A stretch of 62,630 nucleotides of DNA, counting the filler. It is 4 parts of 4 records of this genome, joined end to end, with 100 filler letters (N's around TTAATTAATTAA, not from the genome) between each part and the next. Parts side by side here need not be neighbours in the genome. Positions count along the whole stretch, not along the records: positions 45,663 to 57,267 come from SRR20825019_1757; positions 57,368 to 62,630 come from SRR20825019_1837; 2 more parts are not named here. One strand, given 5' to 3'. The stretch's first letter is position 1, and the number at the start of each line of letters is the position of its first letter. The notes below the pieces were generated by a model. It was not told the DNA's origin, did not search any database, and worked only from the letters and a program-made list of their open reading frames with translations. Shown piece after piece: positions 46,517-57,867 of this stretch. A program made the position numbers and the translations under genes.

Positions 46517-49223
46517 ATGGCCCGGTCAGGCCGGCTGGCAGCCGTCCCTGTTGTGCTTGTTGCGTTGGCAATAGGTGTTGCGGCGTGGACCGCCCAGCCC
46601 AGCCCCCCAAAATCGGACCCGGCGCAGGCCCCGGACCCCCAGCGTGACGACAGCTGCCCGCTGGTTGACCATGGCATCAACGCCGCCGAGGCCCGCGCCG
46701 CTGGGGCGGGCGGTGCCGCGCTGATCCTGGTCGCGGCAACTGGAGACGAGGCCGGGTGCCCGGGGGGAGGGCCTCTCCTCGAGGCCGCGTGTAACCTCGC
46801 TTCGTAAGTGCTACCTCGGTATTTTCGGTGTTTTCTCTCGCTCGGTGCTGAAGGGATAGATACGGTGCGAGCCCGTCGCATACGGGAGCGCACCGGTCCT
46901 TCAGATCCTGGCTTTGGAAGGCCTCACCAGTCTGGTTCCAACCCAGCTCGGTTATCCTTCTCGTTTTTCGACCCCAATATCAATATGTTCTTCCCCTAGG
47001 AGTGGGTGATGCGGGCGTACTGACGTGCGGGCACCAGGGTGTTTCGAAATGATCCGGAGCGAGTCGCGGTGCGGCGGCTCAATATGGCCACGGAGGGAGC
47101 CGTTGCCATCGAGCTGGGGGTGTGGACCTGTCCGCAGGTGAGAATGGGAATCTTCCTGCCCCGGATTTACCTCATTGCGCCTTCAGGTTCTATACTTGCG
47201 CCGACGCCCGCGGGATCGGACCTGCCTCGAGACTCCGGCCCAGAGAGGCGCCAAAGACGCTAAAGTTAGCGACGGCATGACTCCACAAGTTGACTCCAAG
47301 ATCAAAGGGGCCCGGGCGCTGAAGAAGGCCGGAGTGGAAGTGTACAGGGGCGAGCCCTCCCTTCCGGGCCTGGTCTCGCTCGCAAACGACATATCCGGCC
47401 TGCATCGATCTCCCGATGGCGGCTTGACGCCAAAGGGTGTTTTGAAGAGACGCTTGGAGTCAGGACGCTATAACGTCACAAGGGTGGGTCGCCTGGGTCA
47501 CATTCGGACCGACGGGTGGGGCGAAGGCGGTATCAGCCGGCAAGAGGGCGGGCTCTACAAAGCCTTCAATCCGCGCTGGTTCATGCTGGGCTAGGCTGGG
47601 ATGGGGATCGGATGACCAGTATACCTTACTTATACCTGCATGTAGGGCGACGAGTGCCCCGTGATAGATGTGGACTCACTGCAACCAGAAGCATTCGTGG
47701 AGGCCTTTGTGAAGACAGCGACTCCCGTGGTGATCCGAGGTAGGCCGGGGTGTCCCTGGGTGAACCTTTTTATATATGTGCCGACCCCTTGGTGACCGCC
47801 GCTTATGGTTCCGTCATCCTCCAATCGACACAACTATAGACGGGCTCGCGGCTAGTCTTTTGTATATATGCCTTTGCGCTGACAACTTGATATCAGGGGC
47901 GGTGGAGCGACTGTGGCCTGCCTTCAACAAGTGGAGTGACGATTACTTGGGGGGGCAGATTGGCACCCGGTCGGTTCACGTGAAGATCAATCCGGACGGT
48001 GACTTCGAGGGGGTGATGCCGACTCCCGCCCCAAACCCGTCCGATGAAGGGGCGCTTGATGGTATACCCGCGATATGGAACTATAGTTGTTCCGTTTGCC
48101 TTGCTGATCCTCTGCACAGATGTCATTGCATCGCAGCTCGAATCTCCTGACAAGGTGGTTGTCCGACCAGCGGGTATCAACATGCCGTTTGGGAAGTTCT
48201 CCGCACTATACCGGCGGCTAGACCACGTCGCACGGATGTACGTAGAATACCTCGACCTCAAGAGCTACGCTGCAACACTCCTAGCCGACGTCCCCATCCC
48301 AGCATTTGCCAAGGTACGTGATAGCTTGGGTTCGAGTCCGGCGGGGTGTCCTTTCTTTTTTTTGTTTCCAGCTGGTTTGGCGGGGCATCGTGCTGAACAC
48401 TTGGCGGCTGACACCTTAGTGCATACAGGGATGGTACAAGGACCCGGATCATGTTGAGAGCATCAACCTTTGGCTCGGCACCTCGACCACGGGGAAGCTC
48501 CACTTTGACGCACAAGACAACATCATGGGTGTGATTGAGGGTTCGAAGACATTCACTGTCTACGACCCTTCCATGAACGAGGACCTATACGAGGTGTGAT
48601 GAGGCAACTATAGTTGTGACGTCGGTTCGGCAAGACTGATACGTCACAATCCAGGGACACATTCGTGAGGCTGAGCACCAGTTCGATATGGAAACCATGA
48701 GGTTTGGCAAGGTGAAGCTGCTGGACTCGACATCAATGGTAATATCCCACTCCAGCCGGCCGGCGGTGAATGTGCAAAACGGATCACCAAACACCCGTTG
48801 TTTAGCCAGACCGTCCACAGCGTTGAAGTCATGTGGATGCTTGCTGACTATTCCCGACTCCAGGTCATGAGCCCCGTGGACCCCAAGCGCCCGGACTTGG
48901 AACGGTACCCTCGATTCGCAAACGCCCGTCCTATGCGATGCCAGGTGGATGCAGGTAGGGCGAATCTCGAGCCGCGCTGCAACGACTGATATAGGGAATG
49001 TCAATCGAACAACACAGGTTCAATGCTCTACCTGCCAGCATTCTGGTGGCACGAGGTGGCCTCCACGCCTGCCCCGTCCCAGACGCCGGGCCTCGACGGG
49101 CGCACCCTGGGTGTCAACTATTGGTTCAATCCACCAGCGTTCACCAAAGAATTCCCTTGCCGGGAGTGCCGCCCCCGGGCCTCGGAGACCACCCTGGACA
49201 AGCTGGAGCTTGATAAAGACTGA
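46517..49223 (+). CDS. JmjC (cupin-like, JMJD7/TYW5/FIH-type) 2-oxoglutarate dioxygenase with N-terminal signal peptide, multi-exon
   Basis: Motifs TPVVIR.GAV..WPAFNKWSDDYL, NLWLG...KLHFDAQDNIMGVIEGSKTF (HxD at 48501-48509), VMSPVD...DLERYPRF, MLYLPAFWWHEVAS, GVNYWF. Hydrophobic leader LAAVPVVLVALAIGVAA. Confidence 0.82.
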
Positions 49224-50087
49224 CTGGCGCCTCAATAGTTGGTCGGAGGTACTGTTGCTTCCCTGCAGCACCACCCTCTGGGCATCGATCGTTGCTCGGC
49301 GTCGCGCGGCCTCGCTGTAGGTCACTAGGGTTCACATTGCTTCGGCCCGCGTCCTCAACCGCGGTATGCCGCCCCGCCCCACAACAGCCACCTGCGACAC
49401 ACATCATTGTGGAGGGCACGCGAGCATCCACGCAACGCACAAGGCATCTCGATCTGGTGGAGTCGATGCTCATCACATACTAAGGGTTTGCAAGGTCCGC
49501 GGTAAACAAGGCGACCCGCAAGCCTCGCCCCACTGACCCAGTGCTGAACTTGGGCAGGTGCCCGCAGAACTCCGAGAACACTGAACTACACAGCACAATA
49601 AGTGGTTGGCTACTAAGTGACCCCAGGCCAACACAAGAGTAGCTGGGCCTGACAACGTGCCTTTCCTGTTAGGTTAGGGTGGGAGTGCCCGGCCCGGCAT
49701 TACAAGTGCCGGAATCGACTGCACGGCACCGCAAGTGCAGGGGGCAGTGCCGACAGCCGCGGGCATTAGTATACATGGGGATCAGGGGGTTGATCAATGA
49801 TTTTCATGAATGGGCATGAACGGCTATGGTGCTTACAAGAGTGGCCATGAGTAGCCCAACCCGGTTCAGGTCAGTGACGAATATGGTCAGTCAATACTGG
49901 TTTAAGTATAGCAATGGCAGTAAGGAGAACCGGCGTCAACGGTTGGTCCCAGTGCAACTTGCCTATGGTGCCAGCGCCTGAGAAAGTCACGCATTGGTCG
50001 GATACTCCTGTTTACACTGAGCGCCGGCGCTGGAGGGCTAGGAGAATCTTCAATTGTGGACAATCAATTGCGGATTAATTTACTCGA

Positions 50088-51045
50088 GCCGCGGCCGGGA
50101 CCGGAGACAGTATAGTCAACTCTAGGCCGGCATGGCCCGGAGGAGCAGGCGCCGGGCAAGCCCGACTGCGGGCGGCCGATCCGGCCAGCGCCGGGCCCGG
50201 CCGTGAGCCGGTTGGGGCCAGGACCGATAGGCACGGCTTCCGGCCGACCAGACGCGGGCCCGGCGCCGGCCGCCCCGACCGGTCCGACGAGTCGGAGTCG
50301 CAGGATCATCCGCCTCTCTGGCCACGCGGCCACCGGCAGGCGGCGCCGTCCGGTCAGTACGGCACGGGCAAAACGGCCGGCGACTGAAAGTTTCCTCGGC
50401 CGGGCGCCGGCCGCCTCTGGGCAGGCCCGCCCGGAGCCGGCCGTGTCGAGCCTCGGCCGGCCCGCTGAGCCGGCCGGCCCAGATCGGGTTTCGGGCGCGG
50501 CGGCAAGGCTCGGGGCCGGCCGGCCCGGGTCGGCGCCCGGGGCGGGCGGGCCCCGGGGCCCCGGCGGACCGTGGCAGAGCCCGGGCGTCAGAGTCCGACG
50601 CCGGCGGGTCGGACTGGTGAGTTGAATGCCGCTGATGTGTGACTGTGATGTTACTGTACCAGAGATACGGACGCCTTGATGACTGGCGCTTCGGTTGATT
50701 GCTACGTGTCCATCGTCAGTGCGGCGGAGGATCGCGATGTAACGAACTACGTCAGTGTTGCCATGCCATCGGGGGGCGTAGGCCGCCGAGTCAGTGACTG
50801 CTGCTGAGCACCCGGCGCACCCGGGCCCGCCCAGCCCCGGGCCCGGCCGGCGGTCAGCCCGCCGGGCCGGGCGGGCCGGGCAGCCAGCCTGCCAGAGCCC
50901 GGCGCGCTGCCCCCCGGCCCGCCTGGGGGGGGGGGGCGAGCGGGCACGCCCGCGATAGCAGTTGGGCCCGGCCGCCGGGGACTCCGGGGACCGGCCCGGA
51001 GCGCGAGTCTAGACAGTCGGGCCACGAGCACCTGCGGGTGGCCAG
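50088..51045. promoter_or_regulatory. GC-rich island upstream of gene at 51107
   Basis: Two GC blocks interrupted by a moderate-GC insert (~50615-50770). TATAAATA at 51053. Confidence 0.55.
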
Positions 51046-51106
51046 GCTACGATATAAATATCAGGATACAAGCGCGATCTACGAGAAACTGTAACCGAAA
51101 GAGACT

Positions 51107-53103
51107 ATGCGCAGGGGAGCAGTTGTGTTGGCTTTTCTCGCCAGCATTGCACTGGTGACTGCGACCGGGTGCAGGGGTGAGTGCACTCGGCGTTGCGACG
51201 GTGTTGAGGTGGAAGGCCTCGAGCGCAACCTTTGTGATCTTCTGTGGAAGGTGTGCGGTCCGCCGCCTGGCTGTCAAGCAGACTTTTTAACGCTTTGTTG
51301 CGACAGCACCCTTTTGACTTGTGGAAGACAACCCAACGTGGCCTCGGGTTGTCGCAGGAGCTCAAGCTTGAAAGTCCGTTCTTTAATGACCTCGAGGACA
51401 GCGGTCGTTTCGAGTGCTCTGGCATCGAGACGATGTACAAGGGCGAAGGCCGTGCTTGTGTAAGTATATAGTGGTGACTCGGGTTTTTGGTCTGACCGGG
51501 TGGCTGCCATACTTGATACTATTACTCGTGTGATTGGGGCGCCGCTTTTCCCTTGCATGCCGCCGTGACTGCTGCAGTGCGACTGCCTTGGAGACTGCCT
51601 TCTGGAGAAGCTTCAGACTGTTGAGCAAACCAAGATCAACAGCGCGGTGAGTGAGTGACTGCTGGTGTGACAGGGCCGTTTTGGGGCGCTGCTTGAGTAG
51701 GAAGGATAGGCGGGTGTAGTGTGACGGATACTCTGAACTGCGTGAGCTAACCGCCATGTTGGCTCCAGGAAGAAGAACTGTTTGCAGAGGAGAAGAAGAA
51801 GAAGCTCCGTAAAGCCAAAATGTCGCTCAAGTAAGTTCTTATCCAAGTATAGTGGTATGGCGGATACTGAGACTCCTCCAGGACTGTCAAGGAGTACATA
51901 GCGGAGTTCAGGAAAGCTCTGGATATTGAACTTATTCGTATGTATAAGAACTCTGATGGTGCCTGGCGAGTCTCCCCCCGTCAAAATCAGCGCGTTCGCG
52001 ACTTCCTTCCCAATGGAAGTACCGCGGGCAACGTGGTGCGCGCCCTGGCTGGCAAAGGCAGCAGCTTTGATAAGGATACGCGTATGGAGGCGTTGAGAGA
52101 GTGGCTTGATGACCACGGACTAGCGGTGGGTGCTCCATTGGAAGGCACGCCGCAGGGCGGGGCTCATTGTTGATTGTGTTTCTTCAGCCCGTGTATGACG
52201 AGGTCGAGGCTACAGTCAAGGAACATCTCCCATTGATGGTGAGTGCTGCCCGGCCGCTGTGGAGCAATTTCACAAGACAGTGCACTGCAATTAATGCTGA
52301 TGTGTGATGTTACTGTACCAGAGCTACGAAGACTACGATAAGGAAATGAAGAAGGTTGGGGACAAGATTGATGAGCTAAACAGGAGGATCGAATATTTGA
52401 GGAACGGGCCTCGGGCGAGGCTGATTCCTGAGACTGAGAAGAAACTGGACCGCCAGGAGAGCTTGCTTGCCGCCTGGGAAAAAAGCAGGCCCGTCATCCA
52501 ATTACAAATAATGGTACGAGAGAGTGCTTGAGGCGTTCGAGTGATCTGGGGCTGACGGTGACTTTTAGCGTGATGCGCTGGAGAAGGCGTTGGACGAATA
52601 TGAGCGTGAACTTACCGAGGGCAGTCGGAATGTCCAGTCTGGCATCCGCTCTAGCACTCGCGAGCGCACCACGGTTGATCCCGGCTTCTCAATGGTAAGT
52701 AGGATGCAGATGCCAAATCAGGCAGATTGGCGGATATGGCGATCCCGAGGTTTAACCCGCAATCCCAGTTTGGCGACCACAATCTATTCGGGAAGTTGAC
52801 AGGACACGTGCACTCCAGGATGGAGGATCACCGCGATGTACTCGATACTTATTATGATGAAGCTTCGGGCAGCGTAAACTTTGAAACCGAAGAGGCCTAC
52901 CCTGAGACTCCCGAGGTGGGTTCCACTGAATGTCAGCAATTGCAGGAATGACCACTTCTGATCGGCGCTTCTATATTTAGGCATCGGATGTTCTCAGCGG
53001 TCTGGACCCTGACACCGGGAAGGAGTATGAGAGGTTCATGGCTGCCCGAAGTGCCTTCTGTGCGGTCCACAAGGAATGCTGCTCGAGCTCGTCTTCGGGT
53101 TAG
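51107..53103 (+). CDS. Uncharacterised secreted protein with Cys-rich ends and central coiled coil, multi-exon
   Basis: Signal peptide MRRGAVVLAFLASIALVTA. Exons splice in frame through GT-AG introns to ...FCAVHKECCSSSSSG-stop. No family recognised. Confidence 0.6.
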
Positions 53104-53853
53104 ACATTGGACATGTGCATCTGTACGTACAGGCCCGCAAGGTCCAGGTGCATGCACAGGATCGAATAAACATATGCCGGAATCTCGGTACATGTATAAT
53201 CTTGCTTCAATCCCTTCCGGCCCGTGGGGGGAGGACAACCCAATGTACTTTGCTCGAGCAAGGTACATTCATGTCTCCTTTGCTATATACGTATACGTAC
53301 GTAGGATCCCAAGGGCTGAATACTAGAGGCCGGGGAGGAGAGGGTCAGGTGGCGAATGATCGATCGAAAATGCGTTCGAGCGATTATATTGAGTTTTATT
53401 CGGTTGATAGACATATAACTTGGCCTGACCGCGCGGCCGGCGGCATGACCAGTTGTTGCATGCCTCACAAGTCGCCACTAGTCGTAAACTTTCTCCACCA
53501 CGAGTTACTAGTCCTCACCCTACACTATAGACAGGCAAAGTGGCCCACAGGGTGAAATGTCGCCACGGACTGATAATTGGCCTGGTGTCCTCTTGAAATT
53601 AAGAACATCCGCATGCATATGGGGGCGCTGTGGCTATGTGCAACCCTCCGGCCTAATGATGCGACATTGTGATCGAACGGCATATTGGCCGGCCGCACAC
53701 GAACGAGATCGAGTGTTTCCTCCTTGACTAGCTATCAGGTCTGCCTGCCTTGACCATTGCCTTGCCCGAGTCGATCAACAGCTATTGATCGAATTCATGC
53801 ACTAGCTAGATCGATATAGCTGGATAGATACAATTCACATGCACCGTATAAAC

Positions 53854-54465
53854 TCACAATTTCTCCATTGCCTCCTCCAGGCAGTGAGCCATCTTGCGCA
53901 CCTCGGGATCATCATGCCATCTCAGCGCCTCGATACACTGTTGTACATCGTCCCGTGGAGACTGAAGTAGTGGGGGGTCGCCTGGCCTCACCTTGGTGCC
54001 GCTCTGTTGTTTTTCCTTGTAGGACTCAAGCTCCACCGCATCACATCGACGTTCAGGAACACTCGTAGTATTGGGGTGCCCTTAACCCGCGCCGCACTGG
54101 CCAGCTGGAGGCGCCACTGATGAGGGACCACTCGGGCGGTTGATTCCGATAATGATCGGAGAAGACTTACAGCACACCGTCATTGTCCACAGCATCCGGC
54201 AGCACGACGGCGCAATTACTGGCGCCAAGGCGATGAACGGGTTGTGGTTAGGATGCGACTAGTACGCCCCTGCCAGAATGCGATGCTTCGCCTCATCATC
54301 AAGATCCTCGTTGGGCCATCGCGTCATTAATTGCCAGGAGGACCATTGTCATCTCGCGCGGCTGAGGTTGAGCTTTGTTCGGCTGCGTATGTCGTATACG
54401 GACACCTCGGGGCCATTGTTGAGCACAGGGTCCATCTGCCAAACAGGAATATCCCGTCGATCCTG
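53854..54465 (-). pseudogene. Possible decayed coding sequence
   Basis: One minus frame reads as protein-like text interrupted by three stops and ends ...VQQCIEALRWHDDPEVRKMAHCLEEAMEKL. It lies divergent from a GC island. Confidence 0.25.
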
Positions 54466-54594
54466 GCACGTAAACGGTGAGTGGGCCCTCCCTGGCCGGC
54501 CCCCGGTTCGCCCATATGGAAACGCCATCACTGTGCCTGATCCTATGTAGGGACGGATACGGATCGGTGGTCAATGAGAAGCTCTACTAGCTCA

Positions 54595-55385
54595 GCCTCG
54601 ATCGGCCGTATGAGGCACGAACTCAGGTGGCGTCTTGGATCTGAGGGCACCGCCGCGCCACTGAGGCTGACCCGGCCACTGAGTCAGTGACTCGGTCACC
54701 TGACCTGGGCCGGCCACTGGCCGCCGCGGCGGCCCGACTCGGCGGGGACCGGGGACGGCCGGAGGCCCGGGTCGGCGGCCGTGCCAGCCGCGTCGCGTCT
54801 CCGTGTAACAGTCAGGATGATGAGTGCTGCGCCCCCGGGCGTCATGGTGCCTGCGGGAGTGATGACGTAGTCAATCCGGCTGCTGGTCGTCCGACCGCTG
54901 CGGCACTGAGGGGGCACTGATCCCTGACGAGGCACACGCGGTCGAGTGGCCGATTGCGTAGGTTCACCACCCCGCTCTCCCTGCCGCCAGGAGGACTGAT
55001 GATCCATCAAGACACCGGGAGTCTATCATACACATGGCAATTGTTCTAGCTGATGGCAAATGACGCCCACCCTCGACCGATGGTTCAATGGCAGTTCAAT
55101 AGTCAATCGGAGTCTGGCAACCATCTGACAACGCGGCCCGCAGGCTTGAGAATCGCCGGCCGTGATGTTCATGGTTCGACTCCGAGTCACTGCCGGGTGT
55201 TGTCCAGCCTCATTGAATAACAACTGCCTGACCAACGACGGGCGTGCGCGCGTCGAGTTGATTCATGCCTTTCTCGAAGGAGGCAGGTTGAGGCCGCCCA
55301 CGCCACCGTCACCGCCCCCATGGCTCGAGCCGCGAACTGACTCGGGCCATCCCTGGCCGGCAGCCGGTCCGGCCGGGCCCGGAAG
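54595..55385. promoter_or_regulatory. GC-rich island upstream of PKD2-like gene
   Basis: GC-rich tract with palindromes GAGTCAGTGACTC (54681) and GACTCCGAGTC (55178). Confidence 0.5.
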
Positions 55386-55460
55386 TGTGCCTGGTCACTC
55401 TTCACTGGTTGTTGAAGTATAGGCTCCACTGCACCACAGACGGATCCAGCCGTGGCTGAG

Positions 55461-57247
55461 ATGGGCTTTCTAGACAGGTTGCGGAAGCGCGTGGCGGACG
55501 ACGCCGAGGACGCGGGCGACGACAGTGGCCTGGCCGACTCTGGCAAGGACGTGGTCCCGACAGGTGCCCCGGTATCCGCGCCCAACAAAAGTGTGGAGCT
55601 CAATGGGAGGGGCAGTAGCCGTGGGCCGAACGGTGCGACCACGCCCGTGTCCGGCGCGCAGTTGGGCCACGGCGACAACCTCACGAAAAAGGCTGCTATT
55701 GGCCGCATGGATACGCAGGAAGCTATTCGGCAGGCGATGTTAGCGGAGGAGGTGTGTGGGGTCTTGCATATGACCAAGTTCGAGGGTAGGCCGGGGCTGA
55801 CGGGTCTGCGGACAGCGGAAAACCGGTCGTAAGTTTCGGTTCCGGGCGCGGTTTCTCCAAGACCTCTACCGGGACAAGGAGAGAGAGTTCACCCCCGAGG
55901 AGGCGCTCAGGCGGCTGGAGGCGGCTTTGATGGTGTGGCGAGGTGACAGTGACGCGGGTTGCGTGAGACTGACTGCTCCACAGATCCAGCGTGTGTTCAG
56001 GGCGAAGCTGATGAAGGCGGAGCGGGAGTGCCTGTTGCGGGACAAGGAGATCCTCTTCCGTCGCAGTGAGCTGGTGGATCACCTCCTCGTCGCCCCCCGC
56101 AACCGTGCGACCATGGGTGAGTGAGTCGATGGAATCCGCCCTCAGGCAGTCCTCGGTGGTGTCCTGCGTGTGTTTTGGTCTTCCATATATATACCAATAC
56201 TGTTGTTGGTGGTGCTGTCGCGAGTCCGACTGCGGTCGATCCATGTCCGTCAGAGCCCCACTGACCCTCCCTCCCCCCTAATACGTGCAGGCTGCGGCGG
56301 CTGTTACTTGATGTTTGTGCTGGTGTTCACGTTGCTGTTGGCATATTCCACCTCACCCACCCTCTACTACGGATCTGGGGGTTACCTTAAGGATTCTCTT
56401 CTCGGGAGTTCCTATTCAAGCGGATCGGGCGACGGATGGTGGGTGTATGGTGCCGGTCCAGCGCCGTGGCATCGGGGCAGCATTCAGGGTTAGTGACGCA
56501 CTAACCGGTGGCCTCAGGACTGTCCGCACGCCAGCAGATTGGTTTGCGTGGGGCAAGGCGTGGGCGTCGGTAGTGAAGCTGTCGAGCAACAATGGCGTCT
56601 TTATTCAAGGCGATGCGGCCCAGATGACGGACAGCGTCTTCATACTGCAACAGCGGTCCCTCTCGACCGCTTGCAGCAACATCTACAGCAAGTTCTCGCA
56701 GCTGCCGCCCTATGACGAGACTGATGTGTGCGCTCTCCCGTTGTCCTCTGGCGAGGAAACCGCCTCATTCGGGAACACCACAGGTGTGATTGGAATGGCG
56801 GGGTTGGCGGTGGGGTGCTGTTGGGCTGGCGTGACCGGTCGACAGCGACTGATCCCGGGGATTGCGCAGGTGGAGCCACGGGCATTGCGCAGTACGTTCT
56901 GGCGCCTAACGATAGCCAGTACGCGGCCATCACCGCCCTGACCAGCTGCCCCACATTTACCTACGCAATATCACTCTCCCCATTCGGGAGTGGGTTTGTC
57001 GTGGAGCTGCCCAATTACCAACGCAACAATGCATTCACAACGGTACGGACGACATGGACGTGCGTGCCCAAATCGCAAACAGCTGATGGCGTGTGTGTAG
57101 TCGGATTGGACCACCATCATGAACGTGATGGAGAACTGTGAGTTCATCGACAGGTTTACCCGGACGGTCGAGGTGCAGGTGTCTGCGTCTTTCGGCAACC
57201 AAGAGCCGCTGTTTGGTTGGATCAGGGTGAGCGCCCGCCTGCGTACA
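55461..57247 (+). CDS. Polycystin-2 (TRPP)-like cation channel, N-terminal part (3' truncated by contig end)
   Basis: S1-like helix YLMFVLVFTLLLAY. Polycystin TOP-domain-like motifs DWFAW, FILQQRSLSTAC, GSGFVVELP and FIDRFTRTVEVQ (cf. WLDRGTRAVFID). IQ-like AALM|IQRVFRAKLMK. Confidence 0.7.
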
Positions 57248-57267
57248 CCCCCCCCCCCCCCCCCCCC

Positions 57268-57367
57268 NNNNNNNNNNNNNNNNNNNNNNNNNNNNNNNNN
57301 NNNNNNNNNNNTTAATTAATTAANNNNNNNNNNNNNNNNNNNNNNNNNNNNNNNNNNNNNNNNNNNN
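57268..57367. other. Artificial contig-joining spacer (eukaryote to bacterium boundary)
   Basis: 44 N + TTAATTAATTAA + 44 N. Composition and gene structure change completely across it. Confidence 0.97.
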
Positions 57368-57627
57368 ATTGTTGTTTTCCAATAAGCTCCATTAAAATTT
57401 TTTCCATGAAACAAAACAATGTTTTTACCATTGTAATTTTTAGGGGTAATATCCATATAAGCCATTTTTAAATCTTGCTCTTGTATTTTCAACTCCAAAA
57501 TAGAAACAGCATAAGGATATTGATAGTTAGACAATTCAATGTCCAACCATTGTAGGCTATCAGATTGTGCTATCGTAAACTGAAAAGTAATTAAAAAGGT
57601 TAATATAGATAATAAGTTCATTTTCAT
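57368..57627 (-). CDS. Alpha/beta hydrolase with signal peptide (partial)
   Basis: LKMAYMDI.P...NGKNIVLFHGKNFNGAYWKTT; truncated at the contig edge. Confidence 0.8.
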
Positions 57628-57867
57628 CGTTTTTATATTTTATGGATTGTTGTTTATGTAATATCTGTTAGCAAAATGATTTTTGAAAAATGAGCATTTT
57701 CAGCTTTATTAATTGAACAACATAAAGACACAAACAGGTAAGCGTTTGTTTGTTAAACTCTTCCTTAGGTGAGTTGTGCATTTGGGGTGAGTATATTTTT
57801 GTACCGTCCCTAAACTCGCTTGACGATTATACAGACTTCTTTATTAGATGGCAACAACGTTAGTGCA

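Noticed and set aside
49860-50120. Group I intron core (AATTGCGG and TATAGTC words)
   Set aside because: Elements are in the wrong order and spacing, no P7 pairing is found, and there is no host gene.
30260-57367. TTAATTAATTAA three times as a biological repeat or att site
   Set aside because: Each copy is centred in an identical 100-nt N pad; it is a six-frame stop linker.
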